The translations under genes were made by a program, and so were the position numbers. Shown in pieces: positions 1-7,787 of a stretch of 22,539 nt of DNA. The notes beneath the pieces are model-generated. The model was given only the letters and a program-made list of their open reading frames with translations, searched no databases and had not been told where the DNA came from. The stretch's first letter is position 1. The number at the start of each line of letters is the position of its first letter. Source of the stretch: an uncultured Gemmatimonadota bacterium (GTDB lineage: Bacteria > SM23-81); contig CAZOYL010000017.1 in assembly GCA_964584035.1 (NCBI GenBank), positions 8,861 through 31,399 on the forward strand, written 5' to 3'.

Positions 1-54
1 GTTCATCGTAAGGAAATTCCGTTACGAGGGTCGAGCCTTCGTTTCCTGCAGCAC

Positions 55-97
55 CCAATAGAAAGCCCGTTTTCTCCTTCAGTGGAGAAAACGGGCT
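55..97 (-). terminator. Intrinsic terminator downstream of lemA
   Basis: Perfect 14-bp inverted repeat AGCCCGTTTTCTCC (64-77) / GGAGAAAACGGGCT (84-97), 6-nt loop, followed on the minus strand by TTCTATT; 27 nt after the lemA stop. Confidence 0.85.
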
Positions 98-124
98 GTT
101 TGTATCTGCTTCTGAGGCTTCCGT

Positions 125-712
125 CTACTCGAAATGAACCTCCGGGGGAGTGGCGGCCGCCTCCGGAGCCTCGAAGAATTCGGCTCGCTGGAAGCCGAAC
201 AGCCCGGCGATGAAGTTCGTCGGAAAACGGCGGATGGTCTGGTTATACATCTGAACGGCTTCGTTATACCGCATGCGCTCAGTGGCGATGCGGTTCTCGG
301 TGCCGGCCAGCTCGTCCTGCAGGCGGATGAAGTTCTGGTCTGATTTCAACTGCGGGTAGTTCTCGACGACCACCAGGAGGCGGGAAAGGGCACTGGTCAG
401 CTCGTTGTTGGCCTCGATTTTCTCTCCGACCGTCCCGGCTCCGCCGACCCTGGACCGGGCCTCGGTAACCCGGATGAAGACCTCCCGTTCCTGCTTGGCA
501 AATCCCTTGACCGTTTCCACATAGTTGGGTATCAGATCATAACGCCGCTGCAACTGGTTTTCCACCTGTGCCCAGGCGGCGTTGACGGACTCATCCAGGC
601 CCACCAGCCGGTTGTATATGCCCACAGCCGACAGGATCAGGATCAGGCCGATGACCACGATAACGGCCGCCACCGCCAGCACCCAGACCCAGGCTTTTCC
701 TCTCTGGTTCAT
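125..712 (-). CDS. lemA: LemA family protein
   Basis: N-terminal TM helix, then YNRLV..DESVNAAWAQVENQLQRRYDLIPN, VENYPQLKSDQNF..LQDELAGTENRIA, YN..IRRFP. RBS AGGAGG upstream; ATGA overlap with the upstream gene. Confidence 0.96.
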   Translation of the reverse strand: MNQRGKAWVWVLAVAAVIVVIGLILILSAVGIYNRLVGLDESVNAAWAQVENQLQRRYDLIPNYVETVKGFAKQEREVFIRVTEARSRVGGAGTVGEKIEANNELTSALSRLLVVVENYPQLKSDQNFIRLQDELAGTENRIATERMRYNEAVQMYNQTIRRFPTNFIAGLFGFQRAEFFEAPEAAATPPEVHFE

Positions 713-1461
713 GTTGATACATCCTCCTGTTTCAGGTTCATCTTATCCACTGCGTCGCTCAGGGTTTCAAGCTCGGTGACATAACTTCCGAATAATTCAT
801 TCAGTTGCGCGGCAGGAAGCTTGGCGCTGCCTTTCCTGATGTCAAGAAGACGGAGAAAGGTCGCGGCGTTCAACTCGAACCCGGCAGCTGCTTTCTGAAC
901 GATCTCCTTCTTGGTCCTGGGAATGGGGTGTTTCTTCAGATAGAGCAATCCCTGAAAGATAGAGATGAAGGTGGTGATGGATCTGGTGATGATCTTTCGC
1001 AGGGCCCTCGTTTTTCCCTTCGATTCCAGGTAGGCCTGGCGGAGATGCAGCAGCTTGCCCTTCAACTCCCGTTCGCATTGGACCCGAACGTCTTCGGGGT
1101 GAAAGTCGAGATCCTGAAGGACATCCTTTCCAAACACCAGCTGATAATTCGCCTTCATGTCCAGAAACTCGATGGGGTAGGAGTCCAGGGAATCGCGGAT
1201 ATCGTTTTCGGTCATGAACAAAGGTGTATTGACCCTTCGCCGGCGCCAACTGGCAGCCAGTTTCATGCCTCGGCCGAGGGATTGGACCGAAGTGTCCTTG
1301 AGAACCACCAGAAAGTTGATGTCCGAGGTGCCGGGACGATATTCTCCAGTGGCACCACTGCCGTATAGCACGATGGAGATCAGATCCTCGCCGAAGATTT
1401 CCTTCAGATCACGGCTGAAATCAGCGAAGATATCCTGCGGATGTTTCGGTGCTTTGGCCAT
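709..1461 (-). CDS. Nucleotidyltransferase-domain (Pol-beta/MNT-like) protein with helical C-terminal domain
   Basis: SIVLYGSGATGEY..GTSDINFLVV resembles the hGS..DxD motif (second Asp is Asn); later DSYPIEFLDM; RBS AGGAGG; coupled to lemA. Confidence 0.8.
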   Translation of the reverse strand: MAKAPKHPQDIFADFSRDLKEIFGEDLISIVLYGSGATGEYRPGTSDINFLVVLKDTSVQSLGRGMKLAASWRRRRVNTPLFMTENDIRDSLDSYPIEFLDMKANYQLVFGKDVLQDLDFHPEDVRVQCERELKGKLLHLRQAYLESKGKTRALRKIITRSITTFISIFQGLLYLKKHPIPRTKKEIVQKAAAGFELNAATFLRLLDIRKGSAKLPAAQLNELFGSYVTELETLSDAVDKMNLKQEDVST

Positions 1462-1488
1462 CTCAAACCCGCCTCCTGACGGTGCGGC

Positions 1489-2265
1489 TTAAAATCCGCG
1501 ACTGACGCCTCCTCCTCCGCTCATGCCCCCGCCAAATCCTCCGAAGCCGCCGCCGAATCCGCCGCCGCCGAATCCGCCGCCGAATCCGCCACGCCCCCTG
1601 GGCATTCCGCCCAGGAGCAGGAGTGGCAACAGTCCCATGCGGCCCCCGAAGATGGAAAAGATAATCAGGATGATCAGGAAAATGGGGATGCGAAAAGGTC
1701 GAGTCCCTTCGGTCCCCGGAGGTGGTGTGGGGATTGGTCCTTCCAGCGAAAGCTGTACCCCGGCATCCTTGGCGATGACCTCGGCGATAGCCACAGTTCC
1801 TGAATAGAATCCCTCGCCGTATCGGCCCTGGCGCAGAAAGGGTATGATCTTCTGGTCGGTGATCTGGCCCAGCAGCCCATCGGGCAGAATACCCTCCAAT
1901 CCATAGCCGGTCTCGATCCGGAAACGCCGCTCCGCCAGGGTGAGAAACAGGAGGATGCCGTTGTCTTTATCTTTCTTGCCGATGCCCCAGGTCTCGAACA
2001 GCTCTGTGGCATAGAGTTCCTCGCTCTCGCCGCCGATGTCGGGCATGGTCACCACGGCTATCTCGGCCCTGGTCTTGGTCTCTATCTGGGCACAGACGGC
2101 CGAAATACGGGTTTCTTCGGCTGCGGTCAGGATATCGGCATAATCGCTGACGTAGCCGAGAGGCTGCGGGAACCGATCGGCCTGCGGTTCCTGGAGCTGG
2201 ATCAGGGGCAGAAGAAGAATGCCGATGCCGGTGAGAAGCGCCCTGTGAGTGTGTCGAGATTTCAT
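1489..2265 (-). CDS. TPM-domain (YgcG-like) membrane protein
   Basis: Signal peptide, GYVSDYADIL, EIAVVT, WGIGKKDKDNGILL, RIETGYGLEGILPD, TM helix and Gly-rich tail. Start placed at ATG 2265 (RBS GAGG, downstream of the promoter at 2304-2332) rather than 2304. Confidence 0.93.
   Translation of the reverse strand: MKSRHTHRALLTGIGILLLPLIQLQEPQADRFPQPLGYVSDYADILTAAEETRISAVCAQIETKTRAEIAVVTMPDIGGESEELYATELFETWGIGKKDKDNGILLFLTLAERRFRIETGYGLEGILPDGLLGQITDQKIIPFLRQGRYGEGFYSGTVAIAEVIAKDAGVQLSLEGPIPTPPPGTEGTRPFRIPIFLIILIIFSIFGGRMGLLPLLLLGGMPRGRGGFGGGFGGGGFGGGFGGFGGGMSGGGGVSRGF
1492..1600 (-). repeat. Gly-rich low-complexity repeat (GGF/GGG) at the TPM protein C-terminus
   Basis: Repeated CCGCCGAATCC units on the + strand encoding GGFGGGFGGGGFGGGFGGFGGG. 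Confidence 0.8.
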
Positions 2266-2303
2266 GGTTCCTCGGCGGGAATTGGAGAATGAACCGTTCA
2301 TCA

Positions 2304-2332
2304 AGTATAGTCACCAGGAGCCCGGCTGTCAA
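2304..2332 (-). promoter_or_regulatory. Sigma70-type promoter of the TPM-NTase-lemA operon
   Basis: Minus strand TTGACA (2332-2327), 17-nt spacer, TATACT (2309-2304). Confidence 0.8.
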
Positions 2333-2342
2333 CTTTTTTCGG

Positions 2343-2383
2343 AAAAAAGAGGCCCTTCCTCCAGAAGCAAATGGAGGAAGGGC
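2343..2383 (-). terminator. Intrinsic terminator after the malic enzyme gene
   Basis: 12-bp stem GCCCTTCCTCCA (2352-2363) / TGGAGGAAGGGC (2372-2383), followed on the minus strand by CTCTTTTTT. Confidence 0.85.
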
Positions 2384-2419
2384 TCTCAGGGAGTAGCTGT
2401 CAAAGCGTCGGTTGAAGCG

Positions 2420-3766
2420 TCAGTCTTTAGGTGCGGGGGGAATGAAACCCTCCTTCATCATCGTCATCGTCTGCCCCCGGGCGCGCTTGATGATCTTCGC
2501 AGCCGTTTTAAAGAGCTCATCCCGGTCCACGGTGATCCGGGCGACGCCCTGCTCGATGGCCTTCATCCCGACGGCCACGGCCTCCCGGGGGAAGACCTCC
2601 CACTCGTCCATGGTGGGAATCAGGTAGTCTTCTCTGAGGCCGGTGTCCTCGGCGCATTTGGCCAGCTCCTCGGCGGCCGCGATGCACATCTCGTCGGTGA
2701 TGGTCCGGGCCATCACATCCAGAGTGCCGCGGAAGATACCGGGGAAGCCCAGAGAGTTGTTGACCTGGTTGGGGAAATCGGATCTTCCGGTGGCCACCAC
2801 GGCGGCCCCAGCCTCTTTGGCCTCCCAAGGCCAGATTTCCGGAATGGGATTGGCGCACACGAAGACAATGGGGTCCTTGGCCATCTGGGCGATCCACTCT
2901 TTCTTAATGGTGTCCGGGCCGGGCTTGGACAGAGCGATCAGCACATCGGCCCCTCTCATGGCGTCGGGAATATCGCCGATGATGTTGTCCTTATTTGTTT
3001 TCTGACACATCTCCCATTTTTCTTTGTACTTCTCCTGCAGCTCCGTGCGGCCCTTGTGCAGGGTGCCCTTGGTGTCTACCATGACGAAGTTCTCCGGATC
3101 GAATCCGGCGGCGATCATCACCCGGGCGATACAGATATTGGCGGCGCCGGCGCCGACCATGGCCACCTTGACACTGTTCATCTTGCGGTTGGTCAACTTG
3201 AGGGCGTTGATCAGCCCGGCCACAGTGACAGCAGCGGTACCCTGCTGGTCGTCGTGCCACACGGGGATGTCCATCTCGGCCCGGAGAGTGTCCAGGATCC
3301 TGAAGCACTTGGGCTGGGAGATGTCCTCCAGGTTGATGCCTCCGAAGGAGGGCTGCAGCAACTTGACTGTCTGGATGATCTGGTCGGCATCCTTGGTGCC
3401 CAAGCAGATGGGAATTGCATCCACGCCGCCGAGATATTTGAACAGCAGACCCTTGCCCTCCATGACCGGCAGGCCCGCTTCGGGACCGATATCGCCCAGC
3501 CCCAGGACACGAGTGCCGTCGGAGACGACCGCGACGGTATTCCACTTGTTGGTGTGCTCCAAGACCTTCTCGGGATGTTCGTAAATGTCCATGCAGGGTT
3601 TTGCGACGCCGGGGGTATACCAGATGGCGAAGTCATTGAAGTCCCGGACACAGCACTTGGCGGTGGTCTCGATCTTTCCCCGATAGAAAGGATGCAATTT
3701 CATGGCGTCTTCGCCGGGTTTCTTTGCTTTGGCGATCAGTTCCTCTTTGGTCATCTTCTCACCCAT
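2420..3766 (-). CDS. NAD(P)-dependent malic enzyme (short form, no PTA domain)
   Basis: WYTPGVA, VAVVSDGTRVLGLGDIGPEAGLPVMEGKGLLFK, GGINLEDI, HDDQQGTA, GAGAA, ANPIPEI, ATGRSDFPNQVNN..FPGIFRG. Start at ATG 3766 (GGAGGAG 6 nt upstream); 3754 is an alternative. Confidence 0.96.
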   Translation of the reverse strand: MGEKMTKEELIAKAKKPGEDAMKLHPFYRGKIETTAKCCVRDFNDFAIWYTPGVAKPCMDIYEHPEKVLEHTNKWNTVAVVSDGTRVLGLGDIGPEAGLPVMEGKGLLFKYLGGVDAIPICLGTKDADQIIQTVKLLQPSFGGINLEDISQPKCFRILDTLRAEMDIPVWHDDQQGTAAVTVAGLINALKLTNRKMNSVKVAMVGAGAANICIARVMIAAGFDPENFVMVDTKGTLHKGRTELQEKYKEKWEMCQKTNKDNIIGDIPDAMRGADVLIALSKPGPDTIKKEWIAQMAKDPIVFVCANPIPEIWPWEAKEAGAAVVATGRSDFPNQVNNSLGFPGIFRGTLDVMARTITDEMCIAAAEELAKCAEDTGLREDYLIPTMDEWEVFPREAVAVGMKAIEQGVARITVDRDELFKTAAKIIKRARGQTMTMMKEGFIPPAPKD

Positions 3767-3846
3767 GAATGGCTCCTCCATGAGAGTGTCGGTGATGGCA
3801 ATTGGATCGGTGGTTGAAAGGTCCCCGGGCAGGGGACGATGATCAT
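3751..3846 (-). CDS. Putative 31-aa upstream small ORF (MIIVPCPGTFQPPIQLPSPTLSWRSHSWVRR)
   Basis: Strong SD AGGAGGT (3857-3851) 4 nt before ATG 3846; open to TGA 3753-3751, which forms an ATGA overlap with the malic enzyme ATG at 3754. No homology evidence. Confidence 0.35.
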   Translation of the reverse strand: MIIVPCPGTFQPPIQLPSPTLSWRSHSWVRR

Positions 3847-3922
3847 AGACACCTCCTGTTCTCTGATCTCGGTATTCATACGGCAGATCTCGTTGTCGTT
3901 CTCAGAAATAATATCGACCTGA

Positions 3923-4384
3923 TTATTTGTGGTATTTTTCTCCCCGCAGTAGGGTCCAGGACCGATAGAGCTGTTCCGTCAGCAGAATGCGGATCATCTC
4001 ATGCGTAAAGGTGAAGCGGGAAAATGATAACAGCAGGTCGGCACGCTCTTTGACGGCCTCGGCCAGACCTTCGGGGCCGCCGATGATGAAGACCATCCTT
4101 TTGGTGCCGATGAGAAGATGGCGCTGCAAAAAATCGGACAGCCGTCTGGATGTGAATTCCTTTCCCCGGCTGTCCAGCACGATCACGAAATCTCCGCCTT
4201 GAAGCCGCCGCAGGATGCGTTCTCCTTCGTCACGGAGAGCGCCTGGTCCACCCGGTGGCTTGGTCTCACGGATGACGAGCAAGTCGGCCCGGGTATATTT
4301 TCTCAGGCGATCTAATAAATCTTCTTGTAGGGCACGAAGATGATGATCTTTCGTTTTTCCGATGACGATGATGTGAATGATCAA
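3923..4384 (-). CDS. rlmH: 23S rRNA (pseudouridine1915-N3)-methyltransferase RlmH
   Basis: IIVIGK, EGERIL, LDSRGKEFTS, FIIGGPEGL, LSFSRFTFTHEMIRILLTEQLYRS..GEKYHK; TTG start. Confidence 0.96.
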   Translation of the reverse strand: MIIHIIVIGKTKDHHLRALQEDLLDRLRKYTRADLLVIRETKPPGGPGALRDEGERILRRLQGGDFVIVLDSRGKEFTSRRLSDFLQRHLLIGTKRMVFIIGGPEGLAEAVKERADLLLSFSRFTFTHEMIRILLTEQLYRSWTLLRGEKYHK

Positions 4385-4393
4385 TGGTCGCTT

Positions 4394-4876
4394 CTACAGT
4401 TTGTAGCCGATCTTTCTAAGAAAGGCTTTTCTGGCCTCGACATCGTCAGGACCCTCTATCCCTTTGGGCGAGGCGCCGTCGATGACGCCCAGTATCCCCC
4501 GTCCCTGCTCCGATCCAGCCACGACGGCCTGTACGGGATTGGCCGTGGCGCAGAAGATGGAGCAGATCTCGGGACAGCTCTTGATGGCGCCGAGTACGTT
4601 GATGGGGAATGCCCCCTTCAGGAGGATGACGAAAGAATGTCCGGCGCCCAGAGCCTGGGCATTTCTGGCCGCTGATTCGCACAGCCCCTGATCGTTTCCC
4701 TCGACCCGGATGAGACAGGGCCCCGAGGCCTCACAGAAGGCCAGGCCGAATGATGCTTGCGGCACAGAAGAGATGAGAGCCTCGTAGAGGTCCTCGGCCG
4801 TTTTGATGAAGTGAGTCTGGCCGATGATGATGTTGGCGTCCTCGGGGATTTCCATCTGGACGACTTCAAGCTCCAT
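4394..4876 (-). CDS. Adenosine-specific kinase family protein (DUF355)
   Basis: NIIIGQTHFIKTAEDLYEAL, FGLAFCEASGPCLIR, GAGHSF, FPINVL, IFCATANP, GRGILGVIDG, C-terminal LRKIGYKL. Confidence 0.92.
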   Translation of the reverse strand: MELEVVQMEIPEDANIIIGQTHFIKTAEDLYEALISSVPQASFGLAFCEASGPCLIRVEGNDQGLCESAARNAQALGAGHSFVILLKGAFPINVLGAIKSCPEICSIFCATANPVQAVVAGSEQGRGILGVIDGASPKGIEGPDDVEARKAFLRKIGYKL

Positions 4877-5666
4877 GGAGGCCTCCCGATTCCGATGGTT
4901 GGCAGTTCCTCAGCATATGCTGGACAGAATTCTCCAGCTGCCTGGTAAACTGGCTGATGGTTTCTTTGCTTTCGTTCAGCAGGTGATTTCGGATGAACAG
5001 CGGCCGGCCAAAGTGGAGCCCGAGCTTGCGGCCCGGGAAATAGGCCTTATCGGTTCCGGTGACCAGGGTGGGGATGATGGGAATATCGTGAAATCCCTCG
5101 GTGTACAAATCGTAGATCACCTTGGCGGCGCCTTTTTTAAATTTCCTTATTTTTCCAGGAATGCTGGTGCCGCCCTCGGCGAAAATGCAGGCCAGCTGGC
5201 CATCCCGGAGCGCCTGCTTGAGTTCCGTGAACATGCGGCGGTCGTGGTTGCCCCGGGTCGTTGGGATGGTACCGACTCTCTGTACTCCGGGAACGATGTG
5301 CCGGGCCAGGAAATGACAGATCTTCCAGGTAAAGGGACTCAACCAGGGGTCCAGCTTGGGTGAAAGATATTCGAAAGCCATGTCGGCGCACATCTGGACA
5401 TCGAAGAGTTGTTCGGTGGCCACATAGTGGAGAGGCCGGGGAGCTCGGGCGGCGATAAACAGCACATCCTTCCAGTTGAGGTGATTGGCGGTTAAAAGCC
5501 CCCCGCCGGTGGAAGGAATGTTGTTCAGACCGGTGGCGTCGACACGCATGGTGTGAAGGATCCTGGTGAGGCGGGCTTTCCATTTCCAGTATGTCAACAT
5601 GTTTGTTGGCGGTTTCTCCATCTGAGCGGTTTCCCGAAAAAGATCGGCCGTCGAGGCGATTGACAC
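4866..5666 (-). CDS. Lysophospholipid acyltransferase (PlsC-like)
   Basis: HX4D motif ANHLNWKD, IFAEGG (FPEGT-like), FKKGAA, PIIP, FGRP. Start uncertain (GTG 5666, ATG 5621 or ATG 5600). Confidence 0.88.
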   Translation of the reverse strand: MSIASTADLFRETAQMEKPPTNMLTYWKWKARLTRILHTMRVDATGLNNIPSTGGGLLTANHLNWKDVLFIAARAPRPLHYVATEQLFDVQMCADMAFEYLSPKLDPWLSPFTWKICHFLARHIVPGVQRVGTIPTTRGNHDRRMFTELKQALRDGQLACIFAEGGTSIPGKIRKFKKGAAKVIYDLYTEGFHDIPIIPTLVTGTDKAYFPGRKLGLHFGRPLFIRNHLLNESKETISQFTRQLENSVQHMLRNCQPSESGGLHGA

Positions 5667-5678
5667 CTAAAGTATTTA

Positions 5679-5707
5679 ATTATAGCCTAGAAACTCAGAG
5701 CTGTCAA
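5679..5707 (-). promoter_or_regulatory. Perfect-consensus sigma70 promoter for the acyltransferase-DUF355-rlmH genes
   Basis: Minus strand TTGACA (5707-5702), 17 nt, TATAAT (5684-5679). Confidence 0.9.
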
Positions 5708-5810
5708 CCCAAATTTTCTCCACCGGTTCGAAGCCCGGCCGTATCGCCGGAGGTCGATGGCCGGTGAACGAAAGTCGTTGTCAAGCCGAAACCTGACCAT
5801 GAAAAAAGTC

Positions 5811-5854
5811 TTGACATTTTATTTGACAAGGTCTACATTGAATCGTGCTAAACT
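5811..5854 (+). promoter_or_regulatory. Tandem sigma70-type promoter elements for the beta-barrel gene
   Basis: TTGACA (5811-5816)-N17-TACATT (5834-5839); second TTGACA (5823-5828) and extended -10 TGcTAAACT (5846-5854). Confidence 0.7.
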
Positions 5855-6042
5855 ACAAGTGGGCAAGGGCTCTATTGAATCACGTTGCGCCCAGAGCGGA
5901 TCAGATTACTCAGGGAACCTCATTGTACTCAAAGGAGGTGGTGCCATTCTTGAAGGAAGCTGTCAGGAGAGATCGTATCGTAACTTCTCGGGCACCGTTG
6001 GTGCCGCCAGTCGAACGTGGAATAGGTATGGAGGGCAAAACG

Positions 6043-6651
6043 ATGAAAGCAGGAAAAATTTTCATGACCATCTCGTTGATGACCATCTTGCTGATGATGG
6101 TCAGCGGCGCGGAAGCCGAGATGATATTTGGTGTCAAGCCGTCCACACTGGTGCAGTCAAGCTATTTCGGTTTTCTTGCCGGCACCAACATGGTTGTCGA
6201 GTTCGGCCTGGATTACGCTCGCGTGGGCGTGACAGTGAAAGGAGAGACGGAAGGCGACTTCGGGTTCGATCCGCTCGCCCTCGATTTGGATATATCGGGC
6301 AGCATGATGATGCCTCATGCCGGTGTTAAGCTGTATTTGAAGCCGCGGGCCGCGGGGACGACCTCACCCTATTTCCTGGCCGATCTCTTCAAGGCCTTTA
6401 CCTCGGTCAACCCGGGTGATGTCGATGATGCAACCGATGAACTCATCACCAATGTCGAGGAGCTGCTCAGCCCCTTCGGTCTGAATCTGGGTTTCGGGGC
6501 CGAGTATCATTTCAGCGATCGGTTCAGCATTGGCGGCGAGTATGGATTTCGTTATCTCATGTCCAGTACGAAGTTTGATGATATCGACATGGAGATTTCC
6601 ACCAATCTGGGCATGACCTACGCCGCCATGACGGCCAACTTTGCTTTTTAA
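6043..6651 (+). CDS. Outer-membrane beta-barrel protein (small, probably 8-stranded)
   Basis: Signal peptide MKAGKIF..GAEA, amphipathic strands (HAGVKLYL, SPYFLA, LGFGAEYHFSDRFSIGGEYGFRY), C-terminal ANFAF Phe signal; RBS GGAGGG 7 nt before ATG 6043. Confidence 0.85.
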   Translation: MKAGKIFMTISLMTILLMMVSGAEAEMIFGVKPSTLVQSSYFGFLAGTNMVVEFGLDYARVGVTVKGETEGDFGFDPLALDLDISGSMMMPHAGVKLYLKPRAAGTTSPYFLADLFKAFTSVNPGDVDDATDELITNVEELLSPFGLNLGFGAEYHFSDRFSIGGEYGFRYLMSSTKFDDIDMEISTNLGMTYAAMTANFAF

Positions 6652-6660
6652 GGCTGAACC

Positions 6661-7728
6661 TTATGAACAGGGATCTGCTGGAGAGATCCCTCGTGATTTT
6701 TCATCTTTAGAAAACAGGGCCTCCACGAACTGACCGGCATCGAATCGCTCCAGATCGTCGATATTTTCCCCGATCCCGATGTGGGAAACGGGGATATGGA
6801 GACGGTCGGCAATCGCGATGACGATTCCGCCCTTGGCTGTTCCGTCGAGTTTGGCTAATACGATGCTGGAGATGCCCAGGTCGCGATGAAAGAGCCGAGC
6901 CTGGGATATGGCATTTTGCCCGACGGTGGCATCCAGGACCAACAGGGTCTCGTGGGGGCCGCTCTGTATCTGCTTGGCGATGACACGCTTGATCTTGCGC
7001 AGCTCCTCCATGAGATTCTTTTTGGTGTGCAGGCGGCCGGCCGTATCGATGATCAGGACATCTACCTGGCGTGCTCGGGCGGCCTGCAGGGCATCATAGG
7101 CCACCGCGGCCGGATCGGCCCCCGGCTGGTTCTTGACCAGTTCGAGACCCAGGCGGTCTGCCCAGATCTCCAGCTGTTCGGTGGCCGCCGGCCGAAAGGT
7201 GTCACAGGCGGCCAGCAGCACTGTCTTGCCGCTGTCTCGGTGGAGCTTGGCAAGTTTGGCGATGCTCGTCGTTTTGCCGGTTCCATTGACGCCCACCACC
7301 AGAATGATGTGGGGACCGGTGGGGGCGGTAATGACACCGGGTTCATCGATACCGGCTCCATCGACGCAAGATCTGTCGAGGCCAACTTTAGCGGCGCCTG
7401 CTGTATCGGCACCTGCTGTATCGATACCCGCTTTATCGACGCCTACTGTATCGACGCTTGCCTGAAAGATCTCCAGAACATTCTTGCGCAGCAACTCCAG
7501 CACGTTTTCGGGGCCCGGATGGGGAAGATTGCGGATCTGGCGCTTCACGCCATCCAGGAGTTTGAGAGAGGTTTCCACTCCTACGTCTCCACGGATGAGG
7601 ATTTCCTCCATCTGTTCCCAGAGCTCATCGTCCAGGGTTTTATGGCCCCGTATGGTCTGGAGCAGATTACTGAGGAGGTTCTCCCGGGTTCGGCCGAGAC
7701 GGTTTTTTAGTTTCGCGAGCAGCGCCAT
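6661..7728 (-). CDS. ftsY: Signal recognition particle receptor FtsY
   Basis: LKNRLGRTR, LIRGDVG, GVNGTGKTTSIAKLA, DTFRPAA, DTAGRLH, LVLDATVGQNA, AKLDGTAKGG, GIGENIDDL. Confidence 0.97.
   Translation of the reverse strand: MALLAKLKNRLGRTRENLLSNLLQTIRGHKTLDDELWEQMEEILIRGDVGVETSLKLLDGVKRQIRNLPHPGPENVLELLRKNVLEIFQASVDTVGVDKAGIDTAGADTAGAAKVGLDRSCVDGAGIDEPGVITAPTGPHIILVVGVNGTGKTTSIAKLAKLHRDSGKTVLLAACDTFRPAATEQLEIWADRLGLELVKNQPGADPAAVAYDALQAARARQVDVLIIDTAGRLHTKKNLMEELRKIKRVIAKQIQSGPHETLLVLDATVGQNAISQARLFHRDLGISSIVLAKLDGTAKGGIVIAIADRLHIPVSHIGIGENIDDLERFDAGQFVEALFSKDEKSRGISPADPCS
7336..7455 (-). repeat. Degenerate 8 x 15-nt tandem repeat inside ftsY encoding pentapeptide units
   Basis: VDTVG-VDKAG-IDTAG-ADTAG-AAKVG-LDRSC-VDGAG-IDEPG; DNA units such as GATACAGCAGGTGCC / GATACAGCAGGCGCC / GATACAGTAGGCGTC. 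Confidence 0.85.
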
Positions 7729-7787
7729 GGCAGTCCTGTATGTCGATGGTGATCTCCGCCGGTTGCCGAAACAGAGTCGTCAATAAT

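Noticed and set aside
1..41. Imperfect palindrome CGTAAGGAAATTCCGTTACG beside a minus-strand ATG at 6-4
   Set aside because: Truncated by the window edge; cannot tell whether a gene or RNA element follows.
2249..3817. 522-aa plus-strand ORF
   Set aside because: Antisense shadow of the malic enzyme gene, expected from GC-rich codon bias; no motifs.
5757..6329. 190-aa ORF, and the 5845 start extension of the beta-barrel gene
   Set aside because: Both begin in or before the promoter. The 190-aa ORF is an off-frame overlap, and the signal peptide and RBS point to ATG 6043.
6886..7710. 274-aa plus-strand ORF and similar antisense ORFs over smc, DUF4835, PHP and flippase genes
   Set aside because: Shadow ORFs opposite well-supported genes, without recognisable motifs.
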